64,000 nucleotides of DNA from the human T2T-CHM13v2.0 reference genome, Homo sapiens (GCF_009914755.1 NC_060930.1); one strand, 5' to 3'. Shown: positions 1 through 15,309, counted from the first letter of the stretch. Made by a program: numbers and translations. The notes: generated from the sequence alone by a model not told the origin.

Positions 1-2764
1 AGCAATTAGACCAGTGGTTTCCAAGGTGCCACAAGTGGAAATGTGTCCAGTGCAGACACAGACGACATGGGGTAGGGAGAAGTTGGCTGGAAAAGTGGAC
101 TCTACTGTGGCACCTCGGCGTCAAGCAGGGCAGCTTTACTTTCTCTCTGCTTTCCAAATTAGTGTTCTGCTCCATTAGCTGAAGGAAAGGCTTCTGCTGC
201 CAGGAGTAGGAGAACTGATATCCTTGTTAGACTGTATCCTATACAATATTAACAAAGCTGTGACTTCCACACTCATTTTTGAAAAAATAATTTATAGCAT
301 TCTGCAAAGAGCCCCTTATCTACTGCTGTTCTATTACTTCCCCATTTAGCAATCAAGACGATACCTTTTGCTTCCCAACATCTTTGTGAATGCCTGCTGG
401 TGGTAAGAAAATATGAGCGATGAACTGAAGCTGCTTATGAAAAAGAACCTATGTCCATCCTCTCTCATCCTGAGAGGATAATGGAAATTACTTTTTCCAT
501 TTCCCTGGCTTCTCACAGGATGATCTTCATCCCAAAGGTCTGGGTGTTGCTATAGTTGTACCTGAAACCCTGAGTGGATTGCCCACCTTTTTCTCTTTTA
601 TAACCTGTGGAATGCTCTCCCTTCCATTTTTTCTTCAGACAATAAAGAGTTGAGGGCATATTTTTAGAAGCAAAAAGTTTTAAGTTTTATAGAATGTTCT
701 ATAACTTGGGATAGGGAAAAATGAGATCTAGCAAAAAGTAATAAAGCTTAGGAAGCAGTATATTTGGTCATTTTCAGCCAAAATTAGAGCTCCATGCCTC
801 TAAGACACAGCCTAAATAATGTTGTGTTGCATTAACCTTGAGCTATAATATGGCAAAAGTAGATTACAGGAGATCACAGAAAAAATAGTTATAACAGCAG
901 CAGCTAGCAGGAATATTTTGGCAAGCAATCGCTCTTACAGATTCCATTATAAACATCAGGATCACAGACGGGGCCTGTATGAGTCTGTACAAAATTCGAG
1001 TATAAATATTAAATATGTGACTTCACAAATAAGTACCATACTGGGAAATGACCACCCCGCCAACAAGTTTTGTATGTTTGTCTTATTTAGCTTCACCTGC
1101 CTCACTGAACGTGTTTCTGAAGGATGGCAGAACCCTGGGGTGGGAGGGGTAGTGAGAGATCAGCTGGTCCAACTCTACCTCTCCCGCCCACCACAGGTGC
1201 AACCATTTCTTCTTGTCAACATGCTCTCTTTGAATTATAATTTTTAAAGATATTCTATCATTGAACAGCTGGGCTTACAAACAGTAATGTTCCAGGTGTT
1301 GCAAGTTACCTTATAAAAGTGTAAGATGATAATCCTCTTTAAAAGGAACTTATGATCTCACTGGAAACTGAGACAGACACTTGAGCAGCTGTTAGTCATG
1401 CTATGTGACAACAGGTAGAGCAGGAAGTGATGCAAATATCAGTGTTGATCTTATTGTCTTCTTTGATATCCTTTACAATACCTAATATTAGGTATATGAC
1501 AAGCTTGTTGAACAAGAGTTCAACAGAGCACTGGGCTGGGAGATAAGAGCCTGGTCTCTAATAGTCATTGAAGTAGATGTTTACAATTAGAAATGGCATA
1601 GTCATAGGGACAAAAGTCATAATCATTTATTTAGTATTTATTATATTCCAAGGACTTGTCATATATTCATTGACTTTATCATTACAATATCCATAAGGTA
1701 AGTAATATTCTTATTACACAGATAAGACATCTTCCCTGAGGTCCTGTGGCCAGTGTGTACAAGGGTTGCAATTTCACACCACACCTGTCCAATTTCTAGG
1801 CCCATACCCCAGTCCTGCCCAAGTCTAGCCTTTTCTGAGATTCTGTACATCTGTGTCAAAATATCCACTATGGCATTTTCAATTATTAAATATAGCAAGA
1901 CTCATGAAGTATTTAGACATTACTGACATCTAAGTATGTAATAATATTCTACTTCTTACATTAATACATCTTAACTACTATTACTACAGCAGCTGTAAGA
2001 CAACATAGAAGAACATAGGTCACACATCTTATTTAGTTTCCAGAGGTTCACACTGAAGGCTGGCACAATCAGAATACATTAATAACTGGTAAATTATGTA
2101 GCCATTTTATTTAGCTTCAATAAATGAAATATTGAGTTGAACTTGAGATATGTGAGTACTGAAATGAATAAATATTGTGTTGCTGACTGAAAGCAGAAAA
2201 TACAAATCTGACAAAGATTTAACGATATGGTTACAAGAAAATTACTGTAGACAAATAACATCTACGTACATTTCAAGTGTAACTTTCAAACAGGAAAAAC
2301 AAATACAAATGGGATCTATCTCTAGTTCTAAGGACAATCTCATGCTTTCAGCTGAAGGTACAATCACTTTCTGATACGGCAACAAACTAGGGGGTCTTGC
2401 ATGTAACACCTGTGTGTGCTCAGCTGGACCCCCGATACCAACTTTATTTAGTTTTAGAATGTTTCAATTAATCTACCCAGCTTCCTGCCCTAAGAAGTCA
2501 GACACTGGTTATTAAAAGCCACTTTCTCCTATTGTGTCTAAAAACGGACACTGATAATTTTAGAGAGGGAGAATACCTGGGAGCACTTAAAAAAACCAAA
2601 GGAAAAGCTAAGGTTCTGCCTCCAAATCCTGCTTTATCCTCCTTTTCTAAAGAATGTGAAACAAAATGAAAGTTCAAAATGAGAGCTTTTTCCCAATTCA
2701 TATTCCCAGCATTGAAATAAAGATGTAAATTCTCATAATGAAATTAATTTGCACTCTCCTGAGA

Positions 2765-3696
2765 GATTACAGGAGCTCAACTGGGAAGAAAGAAGGAAGG
2801 GAAGAAAGGAGAAAGGAAGGAAGGCAAGACTAGCGCAAATGTTAGGACAGGCAGATAGCTAGACATGAACAGGAGGGGGAAGCCCCTGAGAAAAGAAGGT
2901 CTGGAAAATCTCACACCCCAGAGACCACCCAAAACATGCATGCTAGATATGAGCAGAGAGGAGGCAAAATACGTATGCAGGAAGGAACACTCTCGGACAT
3001 CCCTTAAGATGCCCAGTAATTGCTCACTGTGCAGTTAAGCTGTCAGAAGGTAGCTAGCTACATGCCGATAGGGAAGGAAAGAGGGCAAAGGTGAAATTCC
3101 TAAGAGGCATGCAGGTGCAGTAAGTACATATTTAACCACTATGAGACCTCCCTGGGGTGATTGTAATGAGCACGATTAGGAAGGATTCATATCCAACACT
3201 GAGCCTGTACCTCTGTAACAAATGACAGTAAGGGAGAATCCCACAAACCTGGAATGGGAACTAGGTGGGGGAAAGGCAGAGACTTAAGGCAGAAGTGGGA
3301 AACCAGACAAAGACAAAGGCAGAGACTTAAGACAGAAGCACAAACTTAAAGAGTCTGATGTAAGAAAAACCTCAACACAGAACTCTCAGGGCTGCTGGCT
3401 CATTCTTTTTCTAGCGGCTCACTCTGCCTTGTCTTTTGGAGTGTGCTGTCTCTCTAAACTCTGCCACTGCTTAACCCTTGCTGCTATTGTAGCTGTTTTC
3501 CAGCCGGACCAGCCTGCTCCTTTCTTAAACTCTACTTCCTTTGACAAACTCTCTGCTCTTATTTTCCTTCAATAAACTCCTTGCTCTTTATTTTCCTTCA
3601 ATAAATTCTCTGCTTTCTTTGCTAAATTTGTCTCTTGGCCAAATTCTTTCTCCCAAGTAAGACAAGAACCAAGGACTCATGTACTTTCTGGTAAAA
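2765..3696 (+). mobile_element. Solo LTR, ERV1 class (MER50/MER4-group-like)
   Basis: LTR-like composition; duplicated ttattttccttcaataaa poly(A) region at ~3558-3605; U5-type end aattctttctcccaagtaagacaagaaccaagg...ggtaa. Confidence 0.5.
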
Positions 3697-4202
3697 CAAA
3701 CAGAATTGAAATGGATGCAGGGAGAAAATGGAATTATCTTTTCAGTTTTTGGGAATAGTTGTATATTTCTCTTCAAGTTGTCTTTTAATTTCTAAAAGAA
3801 AAATTCTCATTTACCCTTCTACCAGGGAAATAAGATAATGGGTAAAAAACAACAACAACAACAACAAAAAAAAAACAAAAAAATAAACCCTTTCATTTCC
3901 TGAATCTCATTGTCATATGAACCCTTCACCAGTCTGAGCTTTTCATGCTCTTCATATGTATGACTTATTATAAAGGTACAAGGTTTCTAAAGTCATTTTA
4001 CAAATGAGAAAATGATGGTATCAGGTATTAAGGAACACATCTGAGTTTACTCAGTGAAAAAGTTGAAAACTAAACAAAGCATTTCCCAGACAGGTTCCTA
4101 GTAGCTTAAATAATCAAAATACCATGGAAAATAGAATTTGTTGTAATAGGATGAATCATTGAGATAAATACTAGTGTACTGTCTCCTTTGTTGCTATGGA
4201 TT

Positions 4203-4624
4203 TGAAACCGGCCCAAATGTCCCATAGAACTGATATTTACAGTCTTTTTAAATAAACATAGAAATTGACCCTTCTGGTCTTAAAACTTACATTGGTCTTA
4301 TCTGAGTTCCTTCCTCAGGCCTCCTAGATAGTATCAAGGAACTGAAACTCACCAGATCCAGACAATGAGAAGCCAGACCCCCTCATCTCTCATTATTTCT
4401 TCACTTCTCCCTAATTCCTCTTTACCTGCACGTAGTTACATTTCTTCCCTGCTGTATATATAAGCCCCCGATTTTAATTGGTCAGGGAGATGGATTTGAG
4501 ACTGATCTCCCATCAGCTGCAGCACCCAAATAAAGCCTCTTCCCTGGTAATGCTCATCTCCATGATTGGCCTCCTGTGCAGAGAGTAGCAGGACTTAGAT
4601 CCATCTCCTGGTGTTTTGGTAACA
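4203..4624 (+). mobile_element. Solo LTR (LTR47-like)
   Basis: TGAAACCGGCCC...GGTAACA termini, TATA-like tatatataag, aataaa, flanking gatt/gatt TSD. Confidence 0.7.
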
Positions 4625-4896
4625 GATTCATTCACAAAAGCATTATATGAGAGTGTCCACTTTCTTCCTCTTCACCCATGTTTAGAAAGGGCAAAAAGAC
4701 CTGGTGTTTTGAATCCTGGCCTCCTTTGCCCATCCTTAAGACCACAGCTTCCAGAGGCAAGGGAAGTGGCCACCCCAAGAGGAGAAAGTAGACTTCTTGG
4801 GATGTAAGTATTAATAAGAAGAGGGGTGGGTTAAGTTCCCAAGTGGTGGTGACCCATGCTCTTCTTCAGTGGCTGGCCTTAGAAGTATCAGGACCT

Positions 4897-5212
4897 GGCC
4901 AGGCACGGTGGCTCATGCCTGTAATCTCAGCACTTTGGGAGGCTGAGGCAAGCAGATCACGAGGTCAGGAGATCGAGACCATCCTGGCTAACACGGTGAA
5001 ACCCTGTCTGCACTAAAAATACAAAAAAATTAGCTGGGCGTGGTGGCAGGCGCCTGTAGTCCCAGGTACTTGGGAGGCTGAGGTGGTGTGAACCCAGGAG
5101 GTGGAGCTTGCAGTGAGCCAAGATCACACCACTGCACTCCAGCCTGGGCGACACAGCAAGACTCAGTCTCAAAAAATAAAATAAAATAAAATAAAATAAT
5201 AATAATAAAAAA
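4897..5212 (+). mobile_element. Alu (AluY/AluSc-type)
   Basis: Dimer with gatcacgaggtcaggagatcgagaccatcctggctaacacgg; TSD agaagtatcaggac at 4881 and 5213. Confidence 0.93.
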
Positions 5213-6109
5213 AGAAGTATCAGGACATGCAAGGACAGATGATAATAAGAATGCCAGTGGAGACCCTGGAGGTAACAGCACAAGGTTCAATTACTAGCAT
5301 GGCATAGAGGAAGTAAAATCACCACGGAGACTGCCTATTTTTGAATTTGGGCAAGGAGTGTCTTCCCAGCAATCTTTTTTCTTATTTTCCTGGACTGATG
5401 GACCTGGTTACTTTAGGAGAATGAGAACTTGCTTGAGAAAAACACACAGACATTGTGGTTTCGACATCTATCCCAATACTGGCAATTGGGAAACAATGTC
5501 ACACAAGAAAAAGAAGGTTCATTGAAAACACTACTTGAGAAAACTGTACATCAAGTATCACCGAATGAAATTTCTGTACTATGAAAGTTACATTTTCCAA
5601 GTCTGATTTATAACATTATGCTTCAAATGGAAAAAATATATATAAATCATATTAAGAAACCACTTTCATAGGAAGAAGTATCTATTAACACTATAACCAA
5701 ATACCACACAGTTGACTGAAGCTGTGGGAGAGAAGTAGTTTGAGATGAATTATGAAACAAAGGGGATCCATGTTTAGTAATGAATCTTTAAAGTCCTTGG
5801 CCAAAGTTTCTCTTCTTATCCAGGCTAACAAATGTGTTTTTGGATATGACATCCAGAAAAATCCTTGGGAAGTATTTTAAGAGTAATTTTTCTTAGAGGA
5901 CAAAAAGTAGTAAGAGACAAGGTAAATTGGCTTCTGCATTCCTTTGATACATATATCTTTTTAATATGATAAGACCACATTGATCTATAATAGCACCATT
6001 TAAATAAAAATGTAAGATATATTACACATTTTGCTGCCTTTTAAAATAACAATGCACCAAATATAAACAGATTCCTTTCCTTGATGACCCAAGGTCAACA
6101 TTATGAATT

Positions 6110-6300
6110 ACCTGTTCATTGTGTGACCTTGGGCAAGTGATATGAACCTCTCCAAAGTTTCGGTGTCCTCCTCTTTACTATGGGAATGGTAGAATTGTGA
6201 TGGTGGATTAAATGAGATCTTCCTAATAAAGCACTTGGTATAGAGCCCCATACATTATTAAGAATCAACCCAAAATGTTAGCCACTGCTACTTTTTCACT
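6110..6300 (+). mobile_element. MIR
   Basis: tgtgtgaccttgggcaagt...ggattaaatgagat core. Confidence 0.7.
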
Positions 6301-6517
6301 TATTTCCTTTCTCTTGACTGTGGTCTCAAAAATTGAGGTTGACCTATATATGTAATGTTTAAAGAAGTTACCACGTAAGATTTACAACTCCGACTTCTCT
6401 TCTAGGAAAACAAACAAACAAACAAAAAAGGAAGAAAAGATTTAACGCCCATTTTTTCCAGTATGGTAGCCTGATGTCAGAGGAAGCCCTCTCAGTATAG
6501 AAAACTAAAAATGCTGA

Positions 6518-6823
<306 letters not shown>

Positions 6824-7399
6824 TGAATATTTTTAAAAAATCTTTTAAACACATAGCTGAGCTATCAGGAGAATAACCAAATCCTCTGAGGTAGGAAAAA
6901 TTCCTGAAGCCTCTTGGTAAGCCAGGGCTGAAAACAGAATTTTCCCTAAGGCTTCTGCCCATCCTGGAAGGTCTAGACTTGTGCTTGTGCTTTAAACCTA
7001 TGAAAGGCTGAGGGTCAGCAGACAAGCCTGGAGCCATGCAAAATAGCACACTGGATCACACACCCCTGAGATCCTTCCTTCTTCCTCCATACCACTCGCC
7101 CATAGTAAATGAACTGGAGAAAAAAAAATCTACCTTTTAGAGGCAGATGGTGAATGAAGCAACTTGCCTGTCTCAGCCTCAGCTCAGAATGTGGCATGGA
7201 GGGTGAGGAGAAAGGCACTTGTGAGAATTCCTGATCACAGGTCCACTCATGGGCATGTTTGGGGTTGGAATTTTCACACTATTTATGGGGCCTCACTAAC
7301 AGTCCTCTATGCAGGAACATATTTTCATCCAGGCCTTGAAGAACCCTCCCAAAGTCCCAAGGAGAACATGAGCTTGCCATCATAAAATCACTAAATATG

Positions 7400-8013
7400 T
7401 GAGCAAGTCAACAGAAACAACTTACACAACCAGACCGGCAAAACTGTAGACATTTTCACTAGGAAGAATATATAATATGTATAAACAAATAAAAGAAATA
7501 GCAAAAGTATTCCTAGGCTACAAGAGACTTTCAGAACTTATGGGAAGATTTGAAAAACAACCAAACAGTACATCCAGAAAGGAAAAAATATAAGACTTGC
7601 TACCAGAAATTTAATGTTAGACAAATAAGAGATTGGACATAGTAGAAGAAAGATGAATAAGACCAGATAATAGTTGTAGCAGACATAAAAGGCATATTCT
7701 GAACAATTTTTTTGGAAATTCTGAAAATGCAGATGAAATGGACAAATCCCTAGGAAAACAGAAATTATTGAAACTTATTCCAGAATAAATAGAAAGCCTG
7801 AATCATCTTAAACATTTAAAGACATCGAATCAGCAGCTAAAAATTCTTCCAACTTAGAAAACACCATGCCCAGATAGTTTTACAAATGAATTTTATGAAA
7901 CCGGTAATTTCAATCTTATATAAAGTCTGCCAAGAACAGAAAAAGGAGAAACTCTCTCCAAGTCATTTTATGGGGCTATTGAAACCTTGATATTAAAAAC
8001 CCACAGACAGTGT
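7400..8013 (+). mobile_element. Old L1M fragment (degenerate ORF1/ORF2)
   Basis: Degenerate ORF2-like gatgaaatggacaaatccctaggaaaa...cccagatagttttaca; resumes after 9316. Confidence 0.55.
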
Positions 8014-8023
8014 AAAAGAGGAA

Positions 8024-9306
8024 ACTCAGAAACCTGACACATACAAGCAATGGGGAAAAGTTTCCCTATTTAATAAATGGTCTTGGGAAAACTAGCTTGC
8101 CATATGCAGAAAACTGAAACTGGACCCCTTCCTTACACCTTATATAAAAATCAACTCAAGATGGATCAAAGACTTAAACATAAGACCTAGGACCATAAAA
8201 ATCCTAGAAGAAACCTGGGCAATACCATTCAGGACATAGGCATGTCTAAAACACCAAAAGCAATGGCAACAAAAGCCAAGATTGACAAATGGGATCTAAT
8301 TAAACTAAAGAGCTTCTGCACAGTAAAAGAAACAATCATCAGAGTGAAGAGACAACCTACAGAATGGGAGAAAATTTTTGCAGTCTATCCATCTGACAAA
8401 GGGCTAATATCCAGAATCTACAAAGAAGGTAAACAAATTTACAAGAAACAACCCCATCAAAAAATGGGCAAAGGATATGAACAGACACTTCTCAAAAGAA
8501 GACATTTATGCAGCCAACAGACATATGAAAAAATGCTCATCATCACTGGTCATCAGAGAAATGCAAATCAAAACCACAATGAGATACCATCTCAAGCTAG
8601 TTAGAATGGCAATCATTAAAAAGTCAGGAAATAACAAATGCTGGAGAGGTTGTGGAGAAATAGGAATGCTTTTACACTGTTGGTGGGAGTGTAAATTAGT
8701 TCAACCATTGTGGAAGACAGTGTGGCAATTCCTCAAGGATCTAGAACTAGAAATACTATTTGACCCAGCAATCCCATTACTGGGTATATACCCAAAGGAT
8801 TATAAATCATGTTACTATAAAGACACACGTACACGTATGTTTATTGCAGCACTATTCACAATAGCAAAGACTTGGAACCAACCCAACTGTCCATCAATGA
8901 TAGACTGGATTAAGAAAATGTGGCACATATAAACCATAGAATACTACGCAGCCATAAAAAAGGATGAGTTCATGTCCTTTGCAGGCACACAGATGAAGCT
9001 AGAAACCATCATTCTCAGCAAACGATCACAAGATCAGAAAACCAAACACTGCATGTTCTCACTCATAAGTGGGAGTTGAACAATGAGAACACATGGACAC
9101 AGAGAGGGGAACATCACACACCAGAGCCTGGGGCCCTGTGGGGGTGGGGGGCTAGGGGAGGGATAACATTAGGAGAAATACCTAATGTAGGTGACGGGTT
9201 GATTGGTGTAGCAAACCACCATGGCACGTGTATACCTATGTAACAAAATGCACGTTCTGCACATGTAACCCAGAACTAAAAGTATAATAAAAATAAATAA
9301 CTAAAT
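8024..9306 (+). mobile_element. 5'-truncated L1PA (L1PA8/8A-like) 3' fragment nested in older L1
   Basis: Frameshifted ORF2 C-terminus (ORFs 8242-8604, 8477-8932), L1PA 3'UTR and A tail; TSD aaaagaggaa at 8014 and 9307. Confidence 0.9.
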
Positions 9307-11764
9307 AAAAGAGGAACATCTGTTACTTATCTAGACTCTGAACACAAACACAGATAAAAAACAAAATATGAATTTATATCATGACCTTCATATCATGACC
9401 AAGTTAAGTTTAACTCAAGAATGTTAATTTAACATTTGAAAATTATTACAGGTAATTCACCATATAAACAGATTAAATGCAGCAAAAAAACTGTGTGTTG
9501 GAAAAGCCTAGAGTCAAAAGTAAAAAAACAAATTTCAGCTTGTAATATTCTTAGTAGAAAAATCATACCCTCACTGTGTACCTGGTCCTTCAAAATGGTG
9601 AAGCAGTGAAAAGAGGCTTTTTTTTTTCTTAAGCAGAAGCATGCATATGCACAAGCAGCGTATAAATAAAAAAAGGTAGGAGAAAAAAGAAAAGTACTTG
9701 GAAGTCCACAAATGGCAGCCATTAAACACATTTTTCTAACTTATTAAAAAATATTTACTTGAAAAGGTACATAATAATAAAAAGAAAAAGAAAACAAAAC
9801 CCAGATATAGCCATTTTCTTGCAGAGCTTACAATTACTAACTGATAAGAAAAGTTACTTGGATGAAATATAGGTTGATATGAACGTTTTAGAGAATAATT
9901 AGGTAAAATGTCAAAAACCTCAAAAATATTCAGAGTTTTGATTTAGGAAATGATCAGATATTTAGCCAAAGCTTAAGGACAAGAATCTTTACTACAGAAC
10001 AATTTATTTTTTGTATAAAAACTAGAATTTATTATGACAACTGCATAGTAACTTTGTTTAGTTTCTAGTATCACAAATTCAAAACACTATTTTACCTCTC
10101 AATTCAATTACACACACTGGAAAGTGATTAGGTAATTTGTAAATTAATTACCATTTATAGAATATCATTTAAAAATATTTGCCAAGCAGGGTATTAGCTC
10201 TATCTTTAAAATCACTGAATCTTTGCACAAATTGAAAAATAAAGGCATACATCTCATTTTGTTCTGCATTTTTAAATAACATCATTTGTTTCCTTTAAAA
10301 TTTTTTCATCCATTTATTCAAAAATATTTTGAAGTTCAACTGTCCAATTTAAGGCAGAATATGGAAAATGCATAGTATTTATAGTAAACATTATCCTTCC
10401 TTTGACTGAACCTAACTAAAAACTCTATTAGAATCTTTGTTGGCTTTCTGGTCATGCTTTTCCTAAGATATGGAACCTCATCTTTATTGTTCATCATATC
10501 TGCTGGGCCTAAATGAGCTCACTTCTGAGTCACAAATTCATTCAGCTATGTTGCAGTTGCATATGCCCCTACAGATTGATATTTCCCAATAGTATTAACA
10601 TAGCAAGCTGACAATCTGCAACCTGTCTTGCATAATGTTCAAAGAGAGACAGTCTCCAGCCATGGTCCCCCATTGCAATGCTAGCCTCAAATAGTTTTGT
10701 CCCTGTATATAGGTACAAAAAAGTGAATGATAAAGGCCAGTGATACAGATATATCTGTAAGCAAAGTCTACCTTAACAATAAAATAATGATTCAAAGAAG
10801 GAATATAAACCAAAGTCACCTTCCTTTTAATTTGAACATATTTCTATCTTTATGAAGCCATCTACTGAAACAAAAATGTCCTTGGAGTACTGTCATATTT
10901 TCTGCCTACACAGCACTTTTTCAAAATGTCTGAGGAATTTCCTTCCTTACTGACCCGACTTCTTTAAGTCAAAAGCCAGAAAACCTGTTTCTTCAACCTT
11001 CCTGTGAAGCCAGGACAGCAGCACGTGATGAGACTCTATGATTAGACACTCGGCTCAGGATTACCTTCAGATGTAAGTAACCTGAGGAGGAAACATGGGG
11101 AATCCATCCTATCCTGTGGTGATCATGGAAGGGAAGTATCTGTCTTTCTGAGGACATCTGGGTAGAGTCACCTGTGTAAATAATGTAGTGATATTTTCCT
11201 AAAAGCAATCTGGATGGCATGTTGGGCTCTGTTCTTGGCTGCATGCTTAACTGCCCAATATCCTTCACTAAAATCCTGCTTCTGCTCAAACTAGCCAGAG
11301 AGGATTTTGTTGCTTTTAAGAACCCCTGACCAATAGGGGGAATGATGACAGAGTCAGCCTCTAAAATATGAGGATTAACAATAAATACCCCACAAAATTA
11401 CCAAAATATTAAATAAATAATATTCCATTCCTTGGTTCTATACTTTGTTCCTACTAAGTAAAGACTAAATGCTCATTTAGGTAGAAAAAAACCTTCCCAA
11501 GGTCACACAGGTGGTTAAGTACATGATAGAACCAGTATTCAAATCCCCACATTTCTAGCTCTATAGTCTAAAATCTTATTAAAAAATATCCCCACCTCCC
11601 TTACTCAAGAGGATATAAAAACAATGATCTAATGATCATCTTTCAAAAATATTTCCTAAAGAAGGAAACCCCAGCTTGCTTTACTCAAGCCCCTTTCAAT
11701 TCACCTGACTGTGACTTCTAAACTTGAAGGTAAAATGGAGTGGAATCCAGATAAAAAGTGAAAA

Positions 11765-13396
11765 AGAATGTCATATAGTTGGTACCATATAGTATGTAGC
11801 CTCTTTAGACTGGCTTTTTTCACCTAGTAATATGCATTTAAGTTTCCTCTGTGTCTTTTCCTAGTTTGACAGCTATTTCTTTTTAGTACTGAGTAATATT
11901 CCATTGTCTGTATGTATCATAGTTTATCCATTCACCTATAGAAGAGACTGTTACTTGCTTGCAAGTTTTGGCAATTATGAATAAAGCTGCTATAAACATC
12001 CCTGTGCAGGTTTCTGTGTGGAAATAAGTTTGAGCACCTTTGGTATTGATGATATGGTAAGAGTATGTTAAGTTTTCTAAGAAATTGCCAACGTGTTTTC
12101 TAAAGTGGCTGTATCATTTTGCATTCTTCCCAGCAATCAATGAGCATTTCTATTGCTCCATCAGCATTTGGTGTTGTCAGTGTTCTGGATTATGGCCATT
12201 CTAATAGGTGTGTGGTAGTTTCTCACTGTTGTTTTAATTTGCATTTTCCTGATGACATGTGATGTGTAGTATCTTTTCATATGTTTATTTGCTCCCTGTA
12301 TATCTTCTTTAGTGACATGCTTCTTAAGGTCTTTGTCCATTTTAAAATCAGGTTGTTTTCTTTTCTCCCAGTCTGTGGCTTTTCTTTTTATTCTCTATAG
12401 TGTCTTTTGCAAAGCAGAAATTTTTATTTTAATGAAGTCCAGCTTATCAATTCTTTCTTTCATGGGGTATGCCTTTGCACTGTATCTAAAAAGTCATCAT
12501 CAGATGCTAGGCCATCTAGAATTTCTTCTACATTATCTTCGAAGGGTTTGTTTGGTATTTTACATTGAGGTCTGTGATCCATTCTGAACTGACTTTTGTA
12601 AAGGGTGTAAAGTCTGTATCTAGATTCATTGTTTTTGTACGTGGATGTCCAGTTGTTCCAACATCATTCATTAAAAAGACTAACTTTTCTCTGTTGAAAT
12701 GCTTTTGCTTCTCTGTCAAAGATCAGTTGACCATATTTTTGCGGGTCCATTTCTGGGCTTTCTATTCTGTTCCATTGATCTATTTGTCTTTTTTTTTTTT
12801 TCCCCCACCAATACCACACTGGTGGTGATTACTGTAGCTTTATAGTAAGTCTTAAAGTAGGGTAGTGTCAGTCCTCTAACTTTGTTCCTCCTTCAATATT
12901 GTGTTGGCTAGTTGGGGTATTTTGCCTCTCCATATAAACTTTAGAATCAGTTTGCCAATGTACACAAAATTACTTGCTCAGATTTTCAATGGGATTGCAT
13001 GGAATCTATGGGTTGGGAATCTAGAGTTAGAAAGAAGTGACATCCTGACCACATGTAGTCTTCCTTTCCATGAACACGGAATATCTCTCCATTTATTTAG
13101 TTCTTTGATTTCTTTCATCAGAGTTTTACAATTTTCTTCAAAGAGATCTTATACATATTTTGCTAGATTTATATCTACATATTTCACATTTGGGGGGCTA
13201 ATGTAAAAGGTACTGTTTTTAATTCCAAATTTCACTTATCCATTGCTGGTATGTAGGAAGGCAATTGGCTTTTGTATATTAACTTTGTATCCTACAATCT
13301 TGTTATAATCACTTATTAGTTTGGGAGGGTTTTTTTTTTTTTAATTCTTCAGGATTTTCTAAATAAGACAATCATGGCATCTCTGAACAAAGACAA
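11765..13396 (-). mobile_element. L1MC ORF2-to-3'UTR segment (inverted 5' part of the element)
   Basis: Reverse L1 from the degenerate SLFADDMIV region (~13370-13395) to 3'UTR ...actatatgacattct at 11765. Confidence 0.8.
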
Positions 13397-13790
13397 ATGC
13401 CATTCTGGAAAAAAGCAAAACTATACGGACAGTATTAAGATCAGTCGGTGCCAGTAGTTGTGGGGGGAGGAAGGCATGAACAGGTAGAGCACAGAGTATT
13501 CTTAGGGAGATGGAAACTACTCTGTATGATACTATGTTGGTACATACATCATTATATATTTTTTCAAAGTCATAAAATATACAATGCCAACAGTGAACCC
13601 TAATGTAAACTATGGACTTTAGGTGGTAAGAATGTGTCAATGTAGGTTCATCAACTGTAACAAATGTACCAATCTGGTGAGGGATGTTGTAATGAGGGAA
13701 GTTATCCCCAAGTAGAGGTAAGGGGTATATGAGAATCTCTGAATCTTCCTCCTAATTTTTCTGTGAACCTAAAACTGCTACAAAAATATG
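13397..13790 (+). mobile_element. L1MC 3'UTR end (non-inverted part)
   Basis: atgccattctggaaaaaagcaaaac...ctgtgaacctaaaactgct, typical L1MC 3' end. Confidence 0.8.
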
Positions 13791-15309
13791 CAAAATTTGG
13801 TCAGATGCTAAAATGGATCCCGGGAACCGCATATGAATGGCTTTCATTTTAAAGTCAATTCCTGTCAACCACTAAAAATAAAACAAGCCAACAAGTCTCT
13901 CAGGGACTTCTGAGAACATTATTAATGTTGTTGTATGTATTATAAAAAAGCACAGGAATAGGCAATAATATGATTAATTTTAAAAAATACATTTCAACTA
14001 TTTCCTGATTTCTGTAATGAGCTCTACACTGCAAATTGCCACTTCATCATGGTAAATTTGCAAATGTATTGAGAAGCTTAAAAAGATCTTTTAACATCTG
14101 TTTCAGGGACACCAACCACCTTATATTAGCCCCTCTGCACATTTAGAAAACAAGATTCATTTACCAAGTCTGCTTAAATTTTAAAACATGAATGCATTCA
14201 GTGATCATTTTATTTGCAGAGTAGAAAGAAGCACAAGGGAGCTTCTAAATGTTGGCTCTCATTATACTTCCAATTATTTCAATTATTTCAGATTATGTAT
14301 AAGGCAATTTCCATTCTGACAAAATGCTGGATAAAGATATCCATGGGAATCCAAACAGCAGCAGTCTCTGTCCATATGGTAAGTTATGTTCTTCTAGGGA
14401 AAACAGCTGTAGTTAGGTGAAGTAATATAAATTTGACTGTCTTATGGAAATACTATTCTAACAAAGATATGCATAACAAAACCTAGTCCCAACATTATAC
14501 AGAAGTGACAACAAACACCTTAATCAATTATTCTGCATTATAATTTCAAACATAATTATTTCAAACATAATTCCAAAAGAACCACATAGCGACCAAAATA
14601 AAACTATGGCTACTATGATTCTTGCTTGATTGTATGATCTAAATCCAAGGATGTAGAAACAACATCATCAAAATCATAAAAATAATAAATCTTTCTTCGG
14701 GTAAACATAAGATATCCATCCAGTCCACATCCAGTCCAATAAGAAAGAATAAGGACTTTCTTATTCATAGGAGTGGCTCTTCAACAGCCATGTTTGTCTT
14801 ACATAACTGTGGGCCCTAATCACATCTGATGGAGATCAACACTGACCTATAATAAAATTCTCGGTTTTACCATGGAACTAAGACTTTTGTGGGGAAAGGG
14901 TCACTTAATTGTGTTTTGAAAAACTGTAATTTTTGCTAAGCTTTTTGACAATTAAGGGACAAATTAAGGGCTTTCTCTTACTGAAGATTTCCTATTTTTT
15001 GCAAAATTTCTTTACTGATTTTAATTTCATTTTGTTCATTTTTATGAGATTAAAGTGTTTTTGAAAATTCCTCTTTCTAAAGATGCCCTTTTCTGTCAGT
15101 CTAGCAAAGTCTAAGTACTTTAGTGGGTTTTTTTGTTGGTGTGTTTGTTCTGGTTGGGGGGGTGGGGAGTGAGTCCTCTGATTTTGTGATTCTCTTACAT
15201 AATTCTAAGCTTTCCCCCTTTCTTCTTTTCTCCTTCTTCATCCAATTGCTAAAAAGCCCTTCTCTTCTTTTTGCTTTTTTTCTTCTCCAGAAATTATGCT
15301 ATTTTTAAG

